Shown here: positions 39,716 through 48,141 of the stretch, in pieces
Numbering within the stretch: position 1 is the stretch's first letter
Layout of the letters: each line of letters opens with the position of its first letter
Source: a virus
Length of the DNA: 64,000 nt
Direction: 5' to 3' (one strand)
Virus record (IMG/VR): IMGVR_UViG_3300032118_003132
Span: 6,874-70,873 of that record
Program-made: the position numbers and the translations under genes
Notes under the pieces: generated by a model
Seen by the model: only the letters and a program-made list of their open reading frames with translations
The model's database searches: none
Told to the model about the DNA's origin: nothing

Positions 39716-40759
39716 ATGGCTCACAGGGATTTAAATACCGTCGACCATTTATCCACCGAACAGCACTGGGATAACTTTGCCGATTTCTGTTATTATGATA
39801 TGTTATCGGGTGGTCCAGACGCTCACCTAACTCTGGCAGGTTATATGAGTAAGGATTTGCCTTTGCGTGAGCGGTTATGGCATGCTGGGGTTTATGTTGG
39901 TGTATACAATGTTCCAACTGCTGAAATCATTTGGTCGACCTTCTCTCATAAGGATATGATGAAGATATCCCACAAGGATTTGACTTATTGGCTAACAGAG
40001 AATTGGAAAGGTATAACTACTCGCACCGAACGCAAGTGTGTGCGAGTGCCAGCCAATATGGCATTCTACTTTAAGAATTATGCTGAGTGGGTAGACTCAT
40101 ATCCTTGGAAATCTCTACAAGCATATACACCAGAGCAAAGATATGAGAACTTATGGGTAGAATCACAAAAGTCTGTGAAGTTCCTTGGCAGATATAGTGG
40201 CTTCAAGTTATTAGAATATTATACAAAATGGTGTGATATTCCCATTAAACTGCCAGATATAAGACCTATTGGAGGGTGGTCTCCTCGTAGTATGTTATCT
40301 ATTTTGTATCCAGATTATAAAGATATTTTATTAGGAGATGATTCACCAAAGAACATTGCTACAATAAATGATATATCTAATAATCTATTAGATTGGCTTA
40401 ATAGTCATAAGGGTACAAAGTGGATAAATGGCATGGACTTATATAAAATGGAGGTATTCCTATGCGACTATAAGCAGTGCTATTTTGGTAGAAGGCAATA
40501 CCCTGGCAGGTCTCAGGACTCTGAAATACAATATCATGAGAAAATATCAGCCTATTGGGACTATGACTTTGAGATGATAAGAGCCAGGAGCGAGATATTT
40601 CCAAATTGGACATTGGGGGAGAAGAATGGTTGGACTAATGTTAGGAAAGAGTTAGGGACGGTGTTATATGATTATGGTTACATGTGGTCGGACTCATTAT
40701 ATGATTATAAAAATACTCTGGACTTGTCGGTACCAACTCCGAAAGTGTGCAAGATATGA
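39716..40759 (+). CDS. Amino acid:DNA transferase family (aGPT-Pplase2-like, HhH fold)
   Basis: ERK, GRYSGFKLLEY, EVFLCDYK...YPG. Adjacent to the 5hmdU kinase genes. Confidence 0.7.
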   Translation: MAHRDLNTVDHLSTEQHWDNFADFCYYDMLSGGPDAHLTLAGYMSKDLPLRERLWHAGVYVGVYNVPTAEIIWSTFSHKDMMKISHKDLTYWLTENWKGITTRTERKCVRVPANMAFYFKNYAEWVDSYPWKSLQAYTPEQRYENLWVESQKSVKFLGRYSGFKLLEYYTKWCDIPIKLPDIRPIGGWSPRSMLSILYPDYKDILLGDDSPKNIATINDISNNLLDWLNSHKGTKWINGMDLYKMEVFLCDYKQCYFGRRQYPGRSQDSEIQYHEKISAYWDYDFEMIRARSEIFPNWTLGEKNGWTNVRKELGTVLYDYGYMWSDSLYDYKNTLDLSVPTPKVCKI

Positions 40760-41202
40760 AGTTCTATGCTATCTTACCTGATAATTTATATCAGAGAGGG
40801 GAATTCATCAAGGCAAGTTTAGATGAGAAACTAGCAGCATTGAAATCCATAGGAGCGGATGTGATAGTCAATGTTTGGACTCATGAGGATAAAGAGATTA
40901 TTCCCTACTTGGATGAGTACATTTATTACCCTATGACGGATGGAAATAACTTTGATCCTCTTGAATTGATAGATTTGGCAGAGTATGTTGCCGATGTGAT
41001 TTGGTCTGGGCACTGTGTTATTATACACTGTCATGCTGGCAGAAATCGTAGCAGTCTGGTAAGTGCTCTGGTGCTAAGAGAGTTATATGATATGACCGGA
41101 GAACAAGCTATGGATTGTGTCTGTGTTTGCAGACCTAATGCCTTTGGAAATAAATACTTTGCAGACTTCTTGAAAGGATTACCGAGACCGAATGATAATT
41201 AA
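40756..41202 (+). CDS. Dual-specificity/PTP-family phosphatase
   Basis: PMTDG acid loop, IHCHAGRNRS (CX5R). Confidence 0.9.
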   Translation: MKFYAILPDNLYQRGEFIKASLDEKLAALKSIGADVIVNVWTHEDKEIIPYLDEYIYYPMTDGNNFDPLELIDLAEYVADVIWSGHCVIIHCHAGRNRSSLVSALVLRELYDMTGEQAMDCVCVCRPNAFGNKYFADFLKGLPRPNDN

Positions 41203-41800
41203 TGTCAGAGGTACGTCAGGCTCAGGAAAAACATATACAGTTAGAAAGTTCATGGATTTCTATGGTCCAAGCACTATGATAAATGATAATGATGGAAAAC
41301 CTATTGCGCATGTTATATTTTATAATATGATGCCTGTATATTTCATAGGTTCCTATGCTAATGTATGTGGAGGATGTGATAATGTTCCTACTCAGGATAT
41401 GATATGTAGTCTAGTGAGACATTTTTCACAATTTGGTCATGTCATTTTCGAAGGTTTAATTATGAGTCATAGTTATGCTCGGTATGCTGCTTTGTGGAAA
41501 GAATTGACAGAACTATGTATACCATTTATATTTGCTTACATGGATACATCTCTTCAGGATTGTCTTGAAAGAGTTAAACAGCGCAGATTAGATAAAGGTA
41601 ACACGAAAGAATTCAATCCTCAGAACACTATCTCTGCTTATGATAGTATATGGGGAACTATGAAGAAATTTCAAGATGCTGGTGTAGATACGACCATAAT
41701 TAAGCATAAAAAAGATCCAATTATGCAGATCATAAATTTGCTGGATAAAGATAAAGAATTGCGATTCGACTATAGCTATAGAGAAGAGAAATTTCGATGA
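41192..41800 (+). CDS. P-loop kinase (probable kinase module of the 5hmdU DNA kinase, or a nucleotide kinase)
   Basis: RGTSGSGKT, G.Y...CGGCD, VIFEG, C..RV..RR. Confidence 0.75.
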   Translation: MIINVRGTSGSGKTYTVRKFMDFYGPSTMINDNDGKPIAHVIFYNMMPVYFIGSYANVCGGCDNVPTQDMICSLVRHFSQFGHVIFEGLIMSHSYARYAALWKELTELCIPFIFAYMDTSLQDCLERVKQRRLDKGNTKEFNPQNTISAYDSIWGTMKKFQDAGVDTTIIKHKKDPIMQIINLLDKDKELRFDYSYREEKFR

Positions 41801-42714
41801 AAAATATTTATATGGAACTTCTTCGATGGTTTTGGTATTATATAAGTGAGCGACATTCAATTTGGATAAGGCGAGATAGAGGAGATTCATTCCCATGGAC
41901 TGAGGATGAAATACTTTCTACATATAAATTCTGTAATGTATTTCGGGAATTGGACAAAGGCACAATCTGGTGCAGAAAAAATATCCGTGAGCCATATGCC
42001 AATCATCCCGAGTTATTCTTCAATATTGCTGCATATAGACTTTACAATCTGGTCTCCACAGCCACTGAGATAATGGAAAAAGTTGGCTTTATAGAGAAAC
42101 AGAGCCAATTAAATGATGTTGTGAAAGTGGTGCGTGCTAGAAGAGCAAGAGGGGAGCGGATATTCACTGGTGCACACATGATAACTGGCACATTGGGTGG
42201 AGATAAGATTCATCAGATATTCGAGATATGTTTGCCAAAGTTATGGCAGAATAGGCGACTACTGGAGCCTATTGATGGCAACACCTTGGAAATCGCATTC
42301 AATAGATTATGCAGTCACACACCTGGATATGGTCCGTTCACGAGTTATGAGGTTATCACAGATCTGAGGCATACCAGATATTTACAGAATGCCTCAGATA
42401 TAATGACCTGGGCTAATCCTGGTCCAGGAGCAAAGAGAGGAATTTGCAGACTGTTAGGATTACAGGTGAGAACTACGAATGGTGGAACTCCATCTTTGGA
42501 AATAAGACATCAATATCCAAAGAGAGAAGAATATATTGAATATATGAAATTTATCCTAAATATATCCGGAGTTTATCTAAATTCTTGGATTTCACCATTA
42601 GAAATGAGGGACGTGGAACATTCACTCTGCGAATGGGATAAGTATGAGAGAACAAGACTAGGTGAGGGTAGACCTCGCTCTAAATATGTCCCACCGCATT
42701 TGCGACAAGTTTAG
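41797..42714 (+). CDS. 5hmdU DNA kinase helical domain (aGPT-Pplase1 family)
   Basis: ERH.IW.RR..G...PWT.D.IL..YKFCNV.RE.D, G.GPF..YE...DL, GPGA.RG, EHSLCEWDKY.R. Confidence 0.88.
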   Translation: MKNIYMELLRWFWYYISERHSIWIRRDRGDSFPWTEDEILSTYKFCNVFRELDKGTIWCRKNIREPYANHPELFFNIAAYRLYNLVSTATEIMEKVGFIEKQSQLNDVVKVVRARRARGERIFTGAHMITGTLGGDKIHQIFEICLPKLWQNRRLLEPIDGNTLEIAFNRLCSHTPGYGPFTSYEVITDLRHTRYLQNASDIMTWANPGPGAKRGICRLLGLQVRTTNGGTPSLEIRHQYPKREEYIEYMKFILNISGVYLNSWISPLEMRDVEHSLCEWDKYERTRLGEGRPRSKYVPPHLRQV

Positions 42715-42717
42715 TAC
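42706..42717 (+). promoter_or_regulatory. CAAGTTTAGTAC motif, copy 6
   Basis: Overlaps a QV-stop, followed by AGGAG and ATG 42732. Confidence 0.55.
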
Positions 42718-42731
42718 ATCAGGAGAAATAA

Positions 42732-43007
42732 ATGGACGGAAAATTATCTATTGAAATACCTAAACAATATCTATTAATCATAGCAGTACATGGAAATATG
42801 GGAGATGGTGAATTACCAGATATAATGCGTATTTGGGCACAAAATGAATGCAGACGTTTAGGTATTGAAAAGCAACTTATTGAACTTCAGAATGACCATC
42901 TACGAGAATTAGAGAAACGTATGAGGAATGTATTAGGGGATGATGTAATGGATAAATTGACAACAAATATTAAAAAGGTTGCTAAAGCAATAAGTGATAC
43001 AAAATAG
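42732..43007 (+). CDS. Hypothetical protein
   Basis: RBS plus ORF. Confidence 0.55.
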   Translation: MDGKLSIEIPKQYLLIIAVHGNMGDGELPDIMRIWAQNECRRLGIEKQLIELQNDHLRELEKRMRNVLGDDVMDKLTTNIKKVAKAISDTK

Positions 43008-43018
43008 AAAATAAATTT

Positions 43019-43282
43019 ATGATTGGCAAACTAATATATTTTAGGAACATGGATAAGAAGGGATTATTAACTGAGGTGGTGGTCAATAAAATCATACATG
43101 ATTTTACAGTAAAAATGCATTATCCTCCAAAGGAGATTGTAGCCAGGAGAGAGGATGTTGGTGATGATATTATTGATATGGTTACTTCAGTGAATAAGGG
43201 GTTACAGTTAGGACATGTCCTTGTATATCCAATAATAAATAGAGAACCAATGCGATTTCAGGGAGAGAGGACGCCTGTATGA
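43019..43282 (+). CDS. Hypothetical protein
   Basis: ORF coupled to the next gene. Confidence 0.5.
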   Translation: MIGKLIYFRNMDKKGLLTEVVVNKIIHDFTVKMHYPPKEIVARREDVGDDIIDMVTSVNKGLQLGHVLVYPIINREPMRFQGERTPV

Positions 43283-43695
43283 ATAAAGTAGTTGTGACGA
43301 AAGAGGAATTTGAAAAAATACTTTTACAGGCTTGTAATATAAAAGATCTTGTAGATCTCATAAAGGAAATCACTGATTTGGTATATGATAAAAATCAGGA
43401 TTATGGTGATGCATGGCAGCGATATGGTATCTTCACTCCGCTCATCCGCATCAATGACAAAATCCTACGTATTGAGAAATTATCAGATGGACGTCATGCA
43501 CTTATAAATAATGAGAATATTGAAGATACCTTGAAAGATATTGTGGGTTATGCAGTGTTAGCTCTAATGTGGTTGCATAATATTAAATTACTATCGCAGT
43601 CTAAATTTCCCAATGATGATGATCCTAAAGAACTTGAAAAAGAATTTGATAATATGATTGAGCGATTACGATATCATGAACCCAGGAAAGAATAA
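43279..43695 (+). CDS. DUF1599 / nucleotide-modification-associated all-alpha protein
   Basis: KNQDYGDAW, DKILRI, EDTLKDIVGYA. Confidence 0.8.
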   Translation: MNKVVVTKEEFEKILLQACNIKDLVDLIKEITDLVYDKNQDYGDAWQRYGIFTPLIRINDKILRIEKLSDGRHALINNENIEDTLKDIVGYAVLALMWLHNIKLLSQSKFPNDDDPKELEKEFDNMIERLRYHEPRKE

Positions 43696-46234
43696 TCCTA
43701 TTTGTAGAGAATGTAAACTCTGGGAGAACTGTTCCTCACCATTTATGAAGCCAGATGGTTCCTCATCATTTATCACGAAAGCTCTTGTTATAGGTGAGGC
43801 TCCAGGTGAGGAAGAGGATTTAGTTGGTAAACCATTCGTTGGTAGGTCTGGAACATTATTGCGCACCGCTATTGATGGTATAGGTTTATCTAAGGATGAT
43901 GTTGTATATACTAACATAGTACGGTGCAGACCTTCAAATAATAAGATTTCCAAGGTAGCAATAAATTTCTGTAAAGCGTTTGCTATTCAGGATATCGAAG
44001 AATATAAGCCAAAATTCGTTCTCCTTATGGGAAATAGTCCCTTGGAAGGTATATTAGGGGAGACAGGCATAACAAATTGGAATGGAATAATTATAAAGAA
44101 AAATGGTAGAAAATATTTGCCTTTATATCATCCTGCATATATACTTAGGAATCCAGGTGCAACGGATGATTGGTTGACTGGATTCCTGTCTATGGAAGAT
44201 AGTGATGTATCTTCTAGCGAATATAAATTGGTTGTACCTAGAAATCTTAAAGAAGTCAAGGATATGCAGGATGAATTGGTGCTTTATAATTATATTGCCT
44301 ATGATACTGAGGTAATATCTCTCAATCCTTTCTCTGTTGGTAGCATCCTGTTAGCAGTTTCCTTTGCTGTTCCAGATAAAAAATTTGCTGTTCCTATTGA
44401 CCATAAAGATAGTTGGTTTAAAGGAAATGGAAATGTTAAAGATATAATCATAAATATATTGAAGACTCATGATAATGCTATCATTGGGCATAATCTGAAA
44501 TTCGATCAGATGCAGTCTGTTAAACATCTAGGAGTGAAGTTTAGTGGTTGTGCTGATACAATGCTAATTAGTCATATGCTTGATAGCCGGCAAGGGATAC
44601 ATGGTCTGAAGAGATTGGCTGGCGTATATTGTGGGATGTATGGTTATGATAGAGAGTTGGAGGCATATAAATTATCTCATCCTGAGGCTAATCCTGATAA
44701 GGGTGGTAACTATGGAGAGATACCTTTGGAAATATTATTGCCTTATGCTGCCAATGATGTCGAGGCAACCACCAAATTGTATTTAGCATTATACAATAAA
44801 TTGACGATTAAACAGAAATATATACATGAAGAGATGATTATGAAGTTCAGTGATATGCTATGTCAGGTGCAATGTAATGGTGTGGTATTAGACTCTGATA
44901 TGGCACATTGGTATAAGGCACTTTATAATACTTTTCATGATGATATGTATCAAGGACTTCTAAGCAATAAATATGTAACCAAATTATGGGTAAATCATAA
45001 GGATAAGAAGGGTTATATATTCAATCCTAACTCATCCGTGCAACTCTCGGAATTATACTTTGATATTTGTAAGATACCTGTGGTAGAATATACTCCAACA
45101 GGGAAACGCTCTACAAAAGCAGAACTCTTCAAGATTATGGAAGACAAATTTCCAATATTATATCAGGTTAGGCAATATAAATTATTAGGGAAAATGTTAT
45201 CTACTTATCTTAATCCTGCCACAGATGGTTCTTGGTTATCTAATGATGGTAGAGTGCGGTCAACATATAATCTACATGGAACAAAGACTAGTCGTATATC
45301 TAGTAGTAATCCAAACCTTCAGAATATTCCAACTCCAGAGAAGGAACCTGGAACTTTATTGGAATATAAACCTATAAAGAATGTCTTCACGCATTCCTAT
45401 ATAAACCATGCAGCAAAAGGTTATGTAGATAGGTATTGTGATGGAGTAACGCTATCGGCAGATTATTCTGGTGCAGAATTGCGAGTATTTGCCAGTCTTT
45501 CTAGATGTAAACCTATGATAGATATACATAAAAGTGGTAAGGATTTCCATTCTTGTATTGCTATTATGACTATGGAAGGTAAATACCCGAGTGAGATAAC
45601 TATGGAGGATATCAAGGCTCTTCCAAAGGCTGTGAGATATATCTATAAGTGGACAAACTGGACTCTCTTATATGGTGGTGGTATTGGTACTCTTATCTCT
45701 ATGTATAATATTAAAGAGGATAAAGCCAAAGAGGCAGTTAAGAAATATTATGAATTGTTTCCAGAAGTATTAGAATATCGTGAGGAATGTATAGATTTTG
45801 CTACGACTCATGGTTATATTGAGAGTCCATTTGGTAGGATAGAGAATCTTCCTGATATAAATAGTCAGGATATGAAGAGGCACAATAAGGCTGTCAGAGA
45901 GGCTATAAATATGCCAACACAGTCGGGTGCCTCAGATCTGACTTTATGTTCTGCCCATATTGTTTCTAAGAAAATACAAGAATATAAAGATTTAAGGTCT
46001 AAAATAATAAATACGGTGCATGATAGTATAGTTCTAGATGTTCCTAAGAATGAAATATATTCTATTGCTCATATATGCACTGATGCGATGGAAAATATAA
46101 AAACTTTGGGTAAAGTACATTTTCCTCATATTGATTTTGATTGGTTAATCTGCCCTCTTAAGGCGAATATAGAAATCGGGACGCATTATGGCTCCGAAAT
46201 AGGTTTGAAAGAATGGGTTAGTCTCTATGGATGA
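43676..46234 (+). CDS. polA: Family A DNA polymerase with N-terminal family-4 UDG-like domain and 3'-5' exonuclease
   Basis: GEAPG..E...G.PFVG.SG, CRP, YHPAY; DTE, HNLKFD, YAANDV; SSSNPNLQNIP, ADYSGAELR, VHDS. Confidence 0.93.
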   Translation: MNPGKNNPICRECKLWENCSSPFMKPDGSSSFITKALVIGEAPGEEEDLVGKPFVGRSGTLLRTAIDGIGLSKDDVVYTNIVRCRPSNNKISKVAINFCKAFAIQDIEEYKPKFVLLMGNSPLEGILGETGITNWNGIIIKKNGRKYLPLYHPAYILRNPGATDDWLTGFLSMEDSDVSSSEYKLVVPRNLKEVKDMQDELVLYNYIAYDTEVISLNPFSVGSILLAVSFAVPDKKFAVPIDHKDSWFKGNGNVKDIIINILKTHDNAIIGHNLKFDQMQSVKHLGVKFSGCADTMLISHMLDSRQGIHGLKRLAGVYCGMYGYDRELEAYKLSHPEANPDKGGNYGEIPLEILLPYAANDVEATTKLYLALYNKLTIKQKYIHEEMIMKFSDMLCQVQCNGVVLDSDMAHWYKALYNTFHDDMYQGLLSNKYVTKLWVNHKDKKGYIFNPNSSVQLSELYFDICKIPVVEYTPTGKRSTKAELFKIMEDKFPILYQVRQYKLLGKMLSTYLNPATDGSWLSNDGRVRSTYNLHGTKTSRISSSNPNLQNIPTPEKEPGTLLEYKPIKNVFTHSYINHAAKGYVDRYCDGVTLSADYSGAELRVFASLSRCKPMIDIHKSGKDFHSCIAIMTMEGKYPSEITMEDIKALPKAVRYIYKWTNWTLLYGGGIGTLISMYNIKEDKAKEAVKKYYELFPEVLEYREECIDFATTHGYIESPFGRIENLPDINSQDMKRHNKAVREAINMPTQSGASDLTLCSAHIVSKKIQEYKDLRSKIINTVHDSIVLDVPKNEIYSIAHICTDAMENIKTLGKVHFPHIDFDWLICPLKANIEIGTHYGSEIGLKEWVSLYG

Positions 46235-46424
46235 TGATGAATTGCTGATTCAAGCCAAAGGATTACAGTCTTGCGTTGAAATGGTAAATTCTCTTAAAGC
46301 ACAGAATCAGGAGTTGATAGCAGCCTTAGAAAGGATTGTGTTAGCAAAGTATTGGATTGGCAGAGATTATAAATTATTTGCTGAAGGAATTTTGTTAAAG
46401 ACAAAGGAGAAATACAATGGCTAA
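46227..46424 (+). CDS. Hypothetical protein
   Basis: Overlaps both neighbours. Confidence 0.5.
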   Translation: MDDDELLIQAKGLQSCVEMVNSLKAQNQELIAALERIVLAKYWIGRDYKLFAEGILLKTKEKYNG

Positions 46425-46920
46425 AGTAATTGAGGTTATATTCCCTGGTAAGGAAAAGGTTCTAATCAACCTTGATGAATTATTGGAAATCCATGAGGAG
46501 AACCTGGTTGCCGAATATGCCAAACAGGCATCATTATATGCCTATCATGGTACACTATATAATCGGGCTGATAAATCGGTTATGGAATTGGAGGCAGCTA
46601 AGGACTCATCTTATGCCGAGTTAGATTTGGCATATCGGGAAGACTTGAAGGATGAGAAGACTACCGAGACTAAAATAAAATCCATGGTATTAACAGATAA
46701 AGGTTATGATGAGATTTTGGGAAAGCTGAACTATGCAATTTATCGTAAAGGCATTATGCGTACTCTTATGGATGCTCTAAAAATGAGAGCCGATATGCTG
46801 GTCTCTATGGGAGCACATCTCCGTGCAGAGTTTGAACAGACTGGCATGAGCCTTAAAGCAGATAAATGGCTGAAGGATTTCGAAGAAAGTTTGGATAAGA
46901 TAAAGAATAAACAAGTTTAG
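46417..46920 (+). CDS. UvsY-like recombination mediator (coiled coil)
   Basis: K.TETKIKSMV..D..Y...AL..R..ML pattern, near ssb and recA. Confidence 0.55.
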   Translation: MAKVIEVIFPGKEKVLINLDELLEIHEENLVAEYAKQASLYAYHGTLYNRADKSVMELEAAKDSSYAELDLAYREDLKDEKTTETKIKSMVLTDKGYDEILGKLNYAIYRKGIMRTLMDALKMRADMLVSMGAHLRAEFEQTGMSLKADKWLKDFEESLDKIKNKQV

Positions 46921-46923
46921 TAT
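46912..46923 (+). promoter_or_regulatory. CAAGTTTAGTAT motif, copy 7
   Basis: Exact 12-mer overlapping a QV-stop, immediately before the structured RNA. Confidence 0.6.
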
Positions 46924-46924
46924 A

Positions 46925-47265
46925 TTATGACTACTCTACTCATCTCGTGTCGCTTGACAGCACTTTGGCGTGATTTCCGAGATGCAGGGTCGCACCCTTG
47001 TCTTGGTTGTCTTGGAGCAAAGGTCGCAACTTAGACGAATGAATGGAGTAATCATAACTAGCCGAGAGGGTTGCATTAAAGACCCGTGAGAGGGAAACCT
47101 CTCCTCGGCTACATCTTGCCAGTCTCTGCACCCAACCGAATTCAGCCCCTTTGGGTGGGCAGGTAAAAGGGTCCGAATCCCGGACTGGCACTTGGAAGAC
47201 TGTCAGAAATCTCATAGAGCCTGGTGACATGGTTGCATAGAGACAAAAATGAGTCCGCAAAGACT
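46925..47265 (+). ncRNA. Candidate multi-domain structured non-coding RNA
   Basis: GC-rich gap with many nested stems (three closed multi-way junctions), a GAAA tetraloop and a T-loop-like hairpin. Confidence 0.65.
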
Positions 47266-47290
47266 GCAAAATCTTATGTAAAGGAGAAAT

Positions 47291-48136
47291 ATGGCTACAA
47301 AAGTAAGTCCCACCAAACAGGTAAGTAAATTGGATAAACTAAAAGAGCGACTCTCCAAGATCGATATGGGCTTCGGCTCCGGTTTCTTTGGTCCAAAAGA
47401 GGGACGCAATGTTATCCGCATTCTGCCTCCTGTGGGCGATATGGAATATTTCTTTCAGACCGTTGGAAGACATTATTTCCCACCCGATGGAAAGAAGAAT
47501 GTGTATTGTCCCAATTTCACCAGTGATGGAGAGTTGTCTTGTCCAGTTTGTGAATTGGTTACACAACTGAAGACAGCTGGTGAAAAGAAGATGGCTGATG
47601 ATCTGAAACTCCGTCGTAACTTCTGGATGAATATTATCAACAGAGACGATGTGGGTGCAGGAGTGTTAATTTATACTCCTGGTATCATAGTCTTCAGTGA
47701 ACTTTCCAGTCTGATCTCAGATCCAGACTATGGTGATATCACAGATATCAATAATGGTTATGATATCATTATTGAAAAGAGTGGTACAGGTAGAGATACC
47801 GAATACCATGTTAAACCTCGTCCAAAAGTAACTCCCTTAACCGATGACCAGGATGAACTAGATAATTGGCTGGAAAAAGCCAATGATTTATCCTTTGTGG
47901 AGGTTAGTGAAGATCCAGAAGAGGATAAGGAATTATCCAAGGGACATACCCTTTATGTTCTGCCATATGATCGGATTGTGAGGGAATTCCAACTCGATGA
48001 ATTGACAGAGACAGAAGAAGATGAAGAAGTTGAGGAGGAGGAAGAAGAAGCCGAGGAAGAGGAAGTACCTGTAAAAAAGCATGCCGTAAAAGAAGAGGTT
48101 AATTTCCGTCGGAAGCGACGTGCTATCAGAAGGTAA
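47291..48136 (+). CDS. T4 gp32-like single-stranded DNA-binding protein
   Basis: G.N.IRILPP, H, C...CPVC, D...GYDI.I.K.G.G..TEY.V, acidic tail. Confidence 0.8.
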   Translation: MATKVSPTKQVSKLDKLKERLSKIDMGFGSGFFGPKEGRNVIRILPPVGDMEYFFQTVGRHYFPPDGKKNVYCPNFTSDGELSCPVCELVTQLKTAGEKKMADDLKLRRNFWMNIINRDDVGAGVLIYTPGIIVFSELSSLISDPDYGDITDINNGYDIIIEKSGTGRDTEYHVKPRPKVTPLTDDQDELDNWLEKANDLSFVEVSEDPEEDKELSKGHTLYVLPYDRIVREFQLDELTETEEDEEVEEEEEEAEEEEVPVKKHAVKEEVNFRRKRRAIRR

Positions 48137-48141
48137 TTGAT

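Noticed and set aside
47155-47190. Cobalamin-riboswitch-like segment
   Set aside because: Only a T-loop-like hairpin matches. The GGGAA and B12-box elements are not evident.
46940-47269. Minus-strand 109-aa ORF
   Set aside because: Opposes the uniform + strand, has no recognisable motif, and is better explained by the GC-rich structured RNA.
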